DNA of 64,000 bases from the NCBI GenBank assembly GCA_016180525.1, contig JACPBB010000001.1, forward strand, positions 169,180 to 233,179, in the 5' to 3' direction. This DNA comes from Parcubacteria group bacterium. GTDB taxonomy: Bacteria > Patescibacteriota > Minisyncoccia > Phycocordibacterales > UBA2135. Positions 19,816 through 27,671 of the stretch are shown one piece after another. The position numbers and the translations under genes are program-made. Each line of letters starts with the position of its first letter. Within the stretch, counting starts at the first letter, position 1. The notes below the pieces were generated by a model. That model made no database searches, had not been told where the DNA came from, and saw only the letters and a program-made list of their open reading frames with translations.

Positions 19816-19844
19816 GGTAGCCTTCAGGCTACCCTTCTTTTTTA
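19815..19844 (+). terminator. Intrinsic terminator (GGGTAGCC-TTCA-GGCTACCC + TTCTTTTTT)
   Basis: Perfect 8-bp stem immediately after the 19815 stop. Confidence 0.75.
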
Positions 19845-19880
19845 TAACCAAACTCTGAACGTCGGATATCCGTCGTTTGG

Positions 19881-20513
19881 TTATCTATTTTTTGTTACAA
19901 ACGGAACAAATGCAAATCCGAGAAACGCTTGTTCGTCAAACGAGCCGCCTTTCTTCTTTATAAACAAGTGAATGGAACCCCCTATCGGCATGACGATTCG
20001 GCCTCCAATTTTGAGCTGTTTTTTCCATGCTTTGGGCACCTCTTCCCCCGATGCTCCCGCGATAATCCTGTCAAACGGCGCCTCCTGCGGAATGCCATTC
20101 TCCGCATTCATTTCCAAATTAACGACAATTCCTTTTTTAATGAAATTGTATTTCCCGATATTTTCATCCCCCATTTTTTTAACTTCCGAAATTCTCTCTA
20201 TGCCAAATACTTTTCCTTTGGGGCCCACAATGTGAGCAAGAAGCGCGCTCTGCCAACCGGAGCCAGATCCAACATCCATAATTTTATTCCCCTTCTCCGG
20301 CTGTAGTAGTTCAAGCATAAACGCAACGGTGTATGGCTGTGAAATTGTTTGTCCTTCGCCTGTTGGAAGTGCGGTGTCAATATACGCCTCATTTTTGTAT
20401 TCCTCCGGAACAAAATCTTTTCTGTCTATCGCCTTAAACGCCTCTATGATGTGAGGTGTTTTTAAAATATTTTGTTTTATGAGAGATTGAACAAGTTGAT
20501 CCATACTTGACAT
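19881..20513 (-). CDS. pcm: protein-L-isoaspartate O-methyltransferase
   Basis: 210 aa; SAM-binding …VLDVGSGSGWQSALLAH… and the PIMT family pattern. Confidence 0.88.
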   Translation of the reverse strand: MSSMDQLVQSLIKQNILKTPHIIEAFKAIDRKDFVPEEYKNEAYIDTALPTGEGQTISQPYTVAFMLELLQPEKGNKIMDVGSGSGWQSALLAHIVGPKGKVFGIERISEVKKMGDENIGKYNFIKKGIVVNLEMNAENGIPQEAPFDRIIAGASGEEVPKAWKKQLKIGGRIVMPIGGSIHLFIKKKGGSFDEQAFLGFAFVPFVTKNR

Positions 20514-20833
20514 ATTACTCTATATACTATATGATACAAATAGTTACAATTACGGAGGAAATGATGCTCGGTTTTACGAAACCAGTACGTAGCCCTCAAG
20601 TAAAGGAGACGACCATAAAAATTTCTCAATTATGCGATGCTGCAATTGAAGCGCAGTTAGTATTTCTCAAAGAGGAACATGCGCAACAGAGAAAGGTGGT
20701 GACTGCTGCTGCGGGTATTTCTGGGCGTGTTTACGAAAACGAGCTAGAGCTTGAAGCGGCTATTGAAGCAGATATATCTTTTTTCCAAACAGAATTGACA
20801 AAGAGAAACAGGCAAAAAAAATCAGCAGCATAA
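20507..20833 (+). CDS. hypothetical protein (start uncertain; possibly ATG 20561)
   Basis: ORF only; it overlaps the pcm start by 7 nt and the mpg stop by 12 nt. Confidence 0.3.
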   Translation: MTYYSIYYMIQIVTITEEMMLGFTKPVRSPQVKETTIKISQLCDAAIEAQLVFLKEEHAQQRKVVTAAAGISGRVYENELELEAAIEADISFFQTELTKRNRQKKSAA

Positions 20834-21403
20834 CACAAACCTCATTTTCTTTTTAGACCACACTGGTCCAGCATAGCCGACACCCACTCTGGGTGTCTTT
20901 TTTATGTCGCGCTTCTTTATTTTTACCCCCCTATCCTCAAACCAAAGCCCTGCTTTAGGAGACGCGCGAAGCGCGTTTAGTTTTTTATCTATCTTTAAAA
21001 ACTTCGTCAACTTCCCCGGCCCGTCGCAAAGCGAGGCTCGCCAATCTTTAATTGGCGCTCCATCCAAACTCTGGACATCCGATGTCCAGAGTTTGGCAGC
21101 ACGGATTAAGACAGCGGCAGGATATTCTTTGGGGCCTGTTACCACATTGAGCATATAGTACATGCCATAGCAGAGATAGATATATAAATGCCCCGCGGGG
21201 CCAAACATTATTTCTGTGCGAGCAGTTTTACCTTTGTGAGCGTGACTTGCTTTATCATGTGACCCGTCATACGCCTCTGTTTCAGTAATCATAAGGACAA
21301 TTTCTTTTCTTCCCATTTTCCGCACCAAAAACTTTCCAAGTAAATCCCTCGCGACAATACTTGCGTTTCTATTAAAAAATTCTTGCTTTAAAATTTTTCG
21401 CAT
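20822..21403 (-). CDS. mpg: DNA-3-methyladenine glycosylase (Mpg/AAG family)
   Basis: 193 aa; …ETEAYDGSHDKASHAHKGKTARTEIMFGPAGHLYIYLCYGMYYMLNV… and …AVLIRA…DGPGKL… match the MPG fold. Confidence 0.85.
   Translation of the reverse strand: MRKILKQEFFNRNASIVARDLLGKFLVRKMGRKEIVLMITETEAYDGSHDKASHAHKGKTARTEIMFGPAGHLYIYLCYGMYYMLNVVTGPKEYPAAVLIRAAKLWTSDVQSLDGAPIKDWRASLCDGPGKLTKFLKIDKKLNALRASPKAGLWFEDRGVKIKKRDIKKTPRVGVGYAGPVWSKKKMRFVLCC
21064..21096. repeat. 33-nt perfect palindrome (16-bp arms) inside the mpg coding sequence, with an adjacent 7-bp-arm palindrome at 21041-21059
   Basis: ccaaactctggacatc c gatgtccagagtttgg and cgccaat cttta attggcg. Both strands therefore encode LWTSDVQSL. Confidence 0.8.
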
Positions 21404-21407
21404 AAGT

Positions 21408-22115
21408 TTAAACTTCTTCTAATGTTTGCGCTTCAGTTACTTTAAAATCCCCAATTCTTGTCCGGCGCAACTCTTTGACTGTTGCGGGCACATTAAGCCG
21501 CCTGCCAACCTCCTCGGCAATAGAGCGCACATACGCCCCGCTTCCCACATCCATCTCGACAAAAAGAATAATTTTCCCGTCTTTTTTTATTATTCCCAAA
21601 AGTTCAATCTTGAAAATATTCATTTTCTTTTTGGGCAGGATAACAGATTCACCTCGTCGCGCTTTTTTATAGAGCGGCTCGCCACTTTGTTTTATCGCAG
21701 AATATGCGGGAACCGGAAGTTCAATTTCCCCAATAAGGCCCTCAAAAACTTTTTTAATCTCTTTCTCGTCAACAAAATTGACTTCTTTTTCTTCTAATAC
21801 TCGTCCTTCCATATCCCCAGTATCCGTTCGTACTCCCAAGAGAATGTGAGCTTCATACGTTTTAGGCAGTTTCAAAAATTCTCCCATCTTTTTGGTTCCA
21901 TCCCCTATTCCTAAAATTAAAAGTCCTGTTGCGAGCGGATCAAGCGTCCCGGCATGCCCAATTTTCAATTCGCCATATCGTCTTTTGAGCTCACGGATAA
22001 CATCATATGAGGTCACGCCTTTCGGTTTATCAACAAGAAGAATTTCGGGTAATTCCTTTTTTTGTTTTTTCCTAAAAAATGTCTTTAAAAAATGCATGGT
22101 GTTATACAACATCAT
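21408..22115 (-). CDS. truB: tRNA pseudouridine55 synthase
   Basis: Catalytic motif …GHAGTLDPLATGLLILGIG…; N-terminal start ambiguous. Confidence 0.9.
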   Translation of the reverse strand: MMLYNTMHFLKTFFRKKQKKELPEILLVDKPKGVTSYDVIRELKRRYGELKIGHAGTLDPLATGLLILGIGDGTKKMGEFLKLPKTYEAHILLGVRTDTGDMEGRVLEEKEVNFVDEKEIKKVFEGLIGEIELPVPAYSAIKQSGEPLYKKARRGESVILPKKKMNIFKIELLGIIKKDGKIILFVEMDVGSGAYVRSIAEEVGRRLNVPATVKELRRTRIGDFKVTEAQTLEEV

Positions 22116-22201
22116 ACGACATTTTTCAATACCTGCAAGGTTGAGAAATCGAGGGGAAAAAGGCTACAATGGGACCAGAAGCTTTTTGAAAGGTATTACT
22201 C

Positions 22202-24244
22202 ATGGCCGACGAAAAACAGAAGCGTCTGTGCGATGAAGTTCGTATTGCGCTTCTTTCACGCATAGATTATTGCGGAGACGGATATCGCAAACGCCTCATG
22301 GAATGTGGATTTAATCTCGCAAAGCTGGAACAAGTCGCTTTCCTTGTGTTGGTGGGTGGGCTTGTCCACAATGAAGGTCTTAAGGAACGAATTCAGGAAG
22401 AGCTTGCGGAAGAGAAGGTGAAGCCAAAGAAAAAGCGACGCAGTCGCGCAGATGTCATTGACCGTGTTTTAAGTGAGGTCGCGGAAGAACTTGCAAAACA
22501 AATTCCAAGTATCACTCTACCCGGTACCGAAAAGAAAATTCGTCTGTATATCATGACCTCCCCAGCCTATGATGGAAAATATGGGGCAGCAATTGCCGAA
22601 AGACTCGCTGTTCTCCGCCCAGACGATATTCGCCACTGGGCAAAGGCAAGCGAGCATTTGCCACTTGAGCCGGCACCGCATGAAAAATTCAAAGAAATTG
22701 CCTGTCTCGTACCGAGGACAACTTCATTCCGTTCAAAATATGACTCCACTGCAGTAGACCGAGTTGTTGAAGACTATCTGAATACTGCGAAAAAGGCGTA
22801 CGCACCTGTCGTTATTGTCGGTTGCTTTAATGTAAATTTTCACAAGCCGGCAGGCGGTGAAAGCTCGATTCATATCATTGGACTTCCCGGATCAAGCCGT
22901 ATTGAAGAGAACCGCGCTTCAGAAAACCAAGTTGGTTTGACAATACTTAGAATCACTAATGACGGAAACCTGTTCGTAAAATCTCACAACTTCAATGACC
23001 TAGTGGTCAGAGAGCGTGAGTCAATCAATATTTCGCCGAAGTATAACAAGACAACACAGCGCGTGCTTGAACAGTTCAAGCACCGGACATGGTGGACGCT
23101 GGGTCTTCTTTCGGAAAAACTTGGCGTACCCCGCGACGAACTCAAGAAAACGCTTAACAGTATTGTAAAGCGACCGAGGCTCAATCCTCCGCTTAAATAT
23201 GACGAATCTTCGCAGCGATATTTTATTCCTCGTCCGTGGATCCAGAAAAATGTTACATATCCCTATCCGTGGCCGACGAAAGAATTTATTGAAGAGCGGT
23301 TTTTGTCTTTTGGCTGCTTGCACGCTCTGTGCCGACATACCGCGCACGAGTTCATGCTTGATGAAATGCCAAAACTTATGCTCAAATATAACATTCATCA
23401 CCTCATTGGTGGTGGAGACTTCATTGAAGGCCGTTCACACGGTCTTCCGGAAAATGGAGAATTGCTTTTTGGCGCCACGTATGACGCGCAAGAGAAGTTT
23501 GCCGCATGGCTTGTGGCAGAAGTCCTTCTCCGAGTCTTTAAAGAGCGTATTCAAAAATTGACGCAAACTGCGGACAAGAAACTGTTTACCGATGAAGCTG
23601 CCGTTCTTAACTTCATCAAAGCGACCCTTCCTGATTTTTGGTACATTCCTGGAAATCATGACGAATGGACTGAAAGAGTCGCGTTTGAAGCTCTGACGGT
23701 GTTCCGTTATGAACTGTTTCAACTCGTTCGTAGGGGTGTAACAGAGACGCTGAAAAACACAGGTCTTGTTGTACCGGCAATCCTTGAACAATTCATTGAA
23801 AGCACTATGGTGAAAATGAGCCCTCTGGACGCCGCTATGCATTCGTCAGGCGTTTCTCTGTCGCTGAACCATCTTCACATGGGCAGAACGCAGACAAAAA
23901 CGATTCGGAGTCAAGCGCTCTTGGGCGCAACGACTGCCGTTATCAACATTCACGCGAATTTTCACACCGCTCTTTCTATGTCTCGCTTTGACCCGAACAT
24001 TGGCCAGCGCGTCGTTCAGCAGATTGGAACACTCAAGCTTCGCTCAGGATTTGAAGACCGAAAAGGAAAAAAAGTTGACTTTGGAGTCGGATATCTCCGA
24101 GTCGGACTAGAGCAGCGTGGTAATGAAAAAGTTATCCTGATGCACGAGGTCGCGCTTTTCGGAGATCCGGCAAAATATCAGAGTATCGAAAATAGAGGTT
24201 TTATTGAATCTTTCAAAAAGAAAATTTTCGGAAAAAAAATCTAA
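22202..24244 (+). CDS. large hypothetical protein with C-terminal calcineurin-like metallophosphoesterase motifs (GD-x2-[DE]…GNHDE…H-x-N-F-H)
   Basis: 680 aa; …HHLIGGGDFIEG… about 65 aa …IPGNHDEW… then …INIHANFH…. The N-terminal ~400 aa have no recognisable family. Preceded by a TTGAGA-N18-TACAAT promoter-like sequence; followed by a strong terminator. Confidence 0.55.
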   Translation: MADEKQKRLCDEVRIALLSRIDYCGDGYRKRLMECGFNLAKLEQVAFLVLVGGLVHNEGLKERIQEELAEEKVKPKKKRRSRADVIDRVLSEVAEELAKQIPSITLPGTEKKIRLYIMTSPAYDGKYGAAIAERLAVLRPDDIRHWAKASEHLPLEPAPHEKFKEIACLVPRTTSFRSKYDSTAVDRVVEDYLNTAKKAYAPVVIVGCFNVNFHKPAGGESSIHIIGLPGSSRIEENRASENQVGLTILRITNDGNLFVKSHNFNDLVVRERESINISPKYNKTTQRVLEQFKHRTWWTLGLLSEKLGVPRDELKKTLNSIVKRPRLNPPLKYDESSQRYFIPRPWIQKNVTYPYPWPTKEFIEERFLSFGCLHALCRHTAHEFMLDEMPKLMLKYNIHHLIGGGDFIEGRSHGLPENGELLFGATYDAQEKFAAWLVAEVLLRVFKERIQKLTQTADKKLFTDEAAVLNFIKATLPDFWYIPGNHDEWTERVAFEALTVFRYELFQLVRRGVTETLKNTGLVVPAILEQFIESTMVKMSPLDAAMHSSGVSLSLNHLHMGRTQTKTIRSQALLGATTAVINIHANFHTALSMSRFDPNIGQRVVQQIGTLKLRSGFEDRKGKKVDFGVGYLRVGLEQRGNEKVILMHEVALFGDPAKYQSIENRGFIESFKKKIFGKKI

Positions 24245-24256
24245 ATAACGTATATT

Positions 24257-24288
24257 AAAGGAGTTCACCTGAACTCCTTTTTTTAATT
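24257..24288 (+). terminator. Intrinsic terminator (AAAGGAGTTCA-CC-TGAACTCCTTT + T-run)
   Basis: Perfect 11-bp stem. Confidence 0.8.
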
Positions 24289-24401
24289 CACAAATGTATT
24301 TTATATGGTGGATGTTTTAAAAAATCATTTTATCTTATCGTCAAGGTTTTTTATTTTTTTGGGATGTTATTATGAACACAGATTAAAAAAAGGGGTGTTT
24401 C

Positions 24402-25190
24402 ATGGCGACAAAATTCGCACTGCATAAAATAAAAGTAATAATGCCAGATGATACGGTGTTTACCTTCTGGTTTGACGGCAACGGAAAAATTACTGCAGGA
24501 AACGGAACATTTGATTCCCCCGTTCCAAATGCCTTCTCGCTCGTACAAGTCAAAGACTGTCCGTCGGCAACACCGACATGCACCAGCGTTTGCTATGTGC
24601 ACAACCTTGAAAAAGCGGAGGCTGAGGTGCACGGCAAATATGCCCACAACAGCGTCACCATTCGTAAGATTCTTCAGAATGCCATTTATCGGCAAGCAAC
24701 TGAATTTGAATTTGTTCATTGGATAAAGAAAAACAATATCCGAGAATTCAGATGGCACGTCTCCGGTGATGTCTTTTCAAAAGAATACGCAAAATTTGTT
24801 GTATCGGTGTGTAATTTAGCTCCGGATGTTTTATTTTGGATTTATACGCGCTCATTTAATTTTGTTGAAACACTGCAAGAAGCACCCAATTTGGTTGTAA
24901 ATCTCTCGGCAGACAGAGACAATTATAAAAAAGCACTTGAAATAAACAGAAAATACGGAGTCCGTATCTGCTATCTTTCTCTTGAAGGAGAGATTCCTAA
25001 GGATTTGCCAAAAGGGTCCGTCATTTTCCCAAACTACACGCTTCGCGGAAGAGATTTGCCCGTTCCTACAGAAGCTCCATTTTGGAAACAGCTTACGCTG
25101 AAACAAAAAAAGATGGTGTGCCCGCCGGATTTCTTCGGCCAAAGCGAAAAACTCCGCTGCGGCCCGTGCCGGAAGTGCATGGTTCATTAA
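24402..25190 (+). CDS. phage Gp37/Gp68 (DUF5131)-like Cys-cluster protein
   Basis: 262 aa; N-terminal C-x6-C-x3-C-Y (…DCPSATPTCTSVCYVHN…), then …WHVSGDVF… and …VLFWIYTRSFN…, resembling the DUF5131 layout W.NP..GC…S.GC..CYA … GDLF … W.ILTKRP. C-terminal CPPD…C-x2-C-x2-C. Assignment from memory of the family pattern. Confidence 0.45.
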   Translation: MATKFALHKIKVIMPDDTVFTFWFDGNGKITAGNGTFDSPVPNAFSLVQVKDCPSATPTCTSVCYVHNLEKAEAEVHGKYAHNSVTIRKILQNAIYRQATEFEFVHWIKKNNIREFRWHVSGDVFSKEYAKFVVSVCNLAPDVLFWIYTRSFNFVETLQEAPNLVVNLSADRDNYKKALEINRKYGVRICYLSLEGEIPKDLPKGSVIFPNYTLRGRDLPVPTEAPFWKQLTLKQKKMVCPPDFFGQSEKLRCGPCRKCMVH

Positions 25191-25214
25191 CCCCGCAATA
25201 GCGGGGTTTTTTCT
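25191..25214 (+). terminator. Intrinsic terminator (CCCCGC-AATA-GCGGGG + TTTTTT)
   Basis: Perfect 6-bp GC stem right after the stop. Confidence 0.8.
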
Positions 25215-25273
25215 TGCATTTATTTCTTATTTACCTATACTCCTAAACAGAACTTGAAATTCGGAAGCATCAG

Positions 25274-26152
25274 GTGTCTGAGACAATATCGCAAGAAAAA
25301 TTTCTTACATTAATGCGTTTGTGCTGCACAAAAGAGACAAGCGCGAGTCCCGATACGTGGACTCCTAAAAATCCCCTGTGGGGGCATTGTGCCGCTGTTT
25401 CCCTTGTCGCTCAAAACATGTTTGGAGGTACACTTCTGCGTGTCTCTCTTACAGATACCCCGTTTAAAGCTATGCGGTCACACTACTTCAATAAATTACC
25501 CGATGGAACCGTCATCGATTTTACCAAAGAACAGTTTGGGAAATTATATCCAAGTGGTTTAAAAACAAAGACACGAACCTGCGGAAGCATTCTTGAACAT
25601 GAAAGCACCAGAAACCGCTATAAAAAACTTGCTCTCCGTTTTGCCTATGAAATGACTCAAAATGTGCTCCTTTTGCACCCTTTATATGGGGCATGTTTTG
25701 AAGCCGCACTTGATTCCGGATGCCAAAAACTATGGGTTGGCTCCGTACTCGTGCATAATGGAGTTGTTGTCTCTTCGGGTAATAACCATCCTGTAGAAGA
25801 GCTCGCGCATGTCTGCAAACCAAAGTGTATTCGCTTCAATATTCAATCAAGAACTGAATCAATGATTGGTGCGTGTGGGCACGCGGAAGAATACGCCATG
25901 TGGGAGGCTATCCAAAAAGGAATCCCGCTTTCTGAGTGCGATATGTATGTCGCTATGGTCGGCACAGACGGATTGCCGCGGTTTAGAAGCGACCCTTCTG
26001 TTGGATATACTTGCCTACGATGCGCAACAGCAATGCGTTTGGCTGGTATCAAAAATGTATATATTGATATTGTTGACCATTGGGAAAAAATCAGTATTAA
26101 GGATGCACTACAAAGCGCATTGCAATATGCTCTTGGTGAAAAGAAACTATAA
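25274..26152 (+). CDS. two-domain protein: unknown N-terminal domain + C-terminal dCMP/cytidine-deaminase-like zinc-binding domain
   Basis: The C-terminal half reads …SGCQKLWVGSVLVHNGVVVSSGNN…ACGHAEEYAMWEAI…YTCLRCATAMRLAGIKNVYI…. These are the CDA-fold H-A-E and C-x2-C zinc motifs plus the dCMP-deaminase AGIK.V tail. The N-terminal ~140 aa (…NPLWGHCAAVSLVAQNMFGG…) are unassigned. Confidence 0.6.
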   Translation: MSETISQEKFLTLMRLCCTKETSASPDTWTPKNPLWGHCAAVSLVAQNMFGGTLLRVSLTDTPFKAMRSHYFNKLPDGTVIDFTKEQFGKLYPSGLKTKTRTCGSILEHESTRNRYKKLALRFAYEMTQNVLLLHPLYGACFEAALDSGCQKLWVGSVLVHNGVVVSSGNNHPVEELAHVCKPKCIRFNIQSRTESMIGACGHAEEYAMWEAIQKGIPLSECDMYVAMVGTDGLPRFRSDPSVGYTCLRCATAMRLAGIKNVYIDIVDHWEKISIKDALQSALQYALGEKKL

Positions 26153-26249
26153 GTAATATGTGTTAAAATTCCAGCGTTTGCTGGATTTTTTTGCAAAAAC
26201 ATTTTTTCCCTATATACTATTCACAGATTATTCAAACGAGGCACCAGAG

Positions 26250-27245
26250 ATGATACAGGACGATGTGTGTATTGACCACGAACGTATACAGGCTATTGCC
26301 CGAACTATTGCTTCCATTCCTGAGCATGGTGGAACATTAAATTTCCACAGCATTGAAACACCGCAAGGTGCACGAGTGCTTTCCGATATGTATCCAGACG
26401 TTGATGACGCTCATGCGATTGATTTCTTTTTCTTTGCCATTCTTCATGATCATGGATTCTGGTTTGGAGATGATGCGGGATATGTCAGCCCTCTGTATGG
26501 AACCATTCTTGGGAAAAACAAGGTAAAGGGTTCTGATTTATTGTGGAAGTCATTAAAACGATCGTTTGATAAAAACCCAACCATCGTAACCATAGAGCGC
26601 CTTTTAAAAATAACTCCGGAGGAATTTGCCGATGTGTTTTCAGATGATAACGGACCAATTCCGTTTCCCGACTGGGAGGCTCGGTATATGCTTACAAAAC
26701 AATACGCGCAGTGGTTTCTAGCCGCGCGCATAAAACCCAAAGACATGCTTTTAAAAGTACGCGCCACGCCCAAACCACTCTTGGAATTTAGAAATCTTAT
26801 GCGAGTTGTACCGGGCTATACAGATCCTTTCAATAAAAAAACACTACTCCTTGCTATGGTGCTTTCATTGCGCCCAGAAAAATTTTTATCCGTCACGGAT
26901 ACAGAGTCATGGGACCCAATTATTGATTACCACCTTATGCGTCTTGCGTTACGGATGGGAATAGTGGCTATTCCGAATTCTAACCCACTCTACAAAAGGC
27001 TGACAAAACGAAATTGGGTAAATGCGGATGAAGAATTATTTATACGACAAGAAGTATATCAGGCAATGAAGAAAGTATTGCAGTACTCACGTAAGCCGCT
27101 TGCGTTTGTAGATTATGCATTCTGGTCTGGAAGAAAATTTTGCCCAGAAATGACGGAACCGAATTGCAGAGAGTGTCCATTTCAGAGTGTGTGCGCAAAA
27201 AAAACTGAGTTATTTCAACCGATATTTAGAACGCTCAATTATTAA
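26250..27245 (+). CDS. HhH-GPD superfamily N-glycosylase-like protein with endonuclease-III-type [4Fe-4S] cluster loop and ~190-aa N-terminal extension (possible Qng1/DUF2419-like or divergent DNA glycosylase)
   Basis: Start taken at ATG 26250 (MIQDDVCIDHERIQ…); promoter-like ttgcaa…tatact lies inside the ORF-track 5' extension. HhH-like …VPGYTDPFNKKTLLLAMVL…. …IDYHLMRLALRMGIV… resembles the EndoIII VDTHIFRVCNR segment with the catalytic Asp. C-terminal C-x7-C-x2-C-x5-C (FCPEMTEPNCRECPFQSVC). Confidence 0.5.
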   Translation: MIQDDVCIDHERIQAIARTIASIPEHGGTLNFHSIETPQGARVLSDMYPDVDDAHAIDFFFFAILHDHGFWFGDDAGYVSPLYGTILGKNKVKGSDLLWKSLKRSFDKNPTIVTIERLLKITPEEFADVFSDDNGPIPFPDWEARYMLTKQYAQWFLAARIKPKDMLLKVRATPKPLLEFRNLMRVVPGYTDPFNKKTLLLAMVLSLRPEKFLSVTDTESWDPIIDYHLMRLALRMGIVAIPNSNPLYKRLTKRNWVNADEELFIRQEVYQAMKKVLQYSRKPLAFVDYAFWSGRKFCPEMTEPNCRECPFQSVCAKKTELFQPIFRTLNY

Positions 27246-27258
27246 AGCGAGATAAAAT

Positions 27259-27287
27259 AAAGCCCAACTGTTTTGGTTGGGTTTTTC
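27259..27287. terminator. Bidirectional terminator (AGCCCAAC-TGTTTTG-GTTGGG + TTTTT) between convergent genes
   Basis: Between the 27245 stop (+) and the 27300 stop (-). Confidence 0.65.
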
Positions 27288-27299
27288 TAAAAATTAAGA

Positions 27300-27671
27300 T
27301 TACTTTTCTGCCATATGCTTCATCACTAAAAAGAAGCTTTTGTCGGGTCCATTTTTTATTTCCACTTCATTCGCAACAACAACTCGCTTTCTAATGCCGA
27401 GCATTTCCGTAAGCATAAATACTCCTCCCATATCAAATTTTGAACCATAACTTTTCTCGTCATACCAAATATGCACCTCATCGGCATCTAAAATTGCCTG
27501 AAAATTTGTCCTACAGATATTCACTCCGCCCGTCGGGTCATCTTGTTCCGTATCCAGAGTCGGCCAGTGAACACGGTGTCCTTGTTTTTCAAGCTGCTTT
27601 ACGTACTTTGCAATTTTAGCGTTCGTTTTTTTACTTGCGTTCGTGACCGGACAAACAAGAAATATTTTCAT
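27300..27671 (-). CDS. nucleoside 2-deoxyribosyltransferase-like / DNPH1(Rcl)-like protein
   Basis: 123 aa; MKIFLVCPVT… Rossmann-like N-terminus typical of the family, and a …D…SYGSKFDMGGVFML… segment at the expected position. Family-level only. Confidence 0.45.
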   Translation of the reverse strand: MKIFLVCPVTNASKKTNAKIAKYVKQLEKQGHRVHWPTLDTEQDDPTGGVNICRTNFQAILDADEVHIWYDEKSYGSKFDMGGVFMLTEMLGIRKRVVVANEVEIKNGPDKSFFLVMKHMAEK

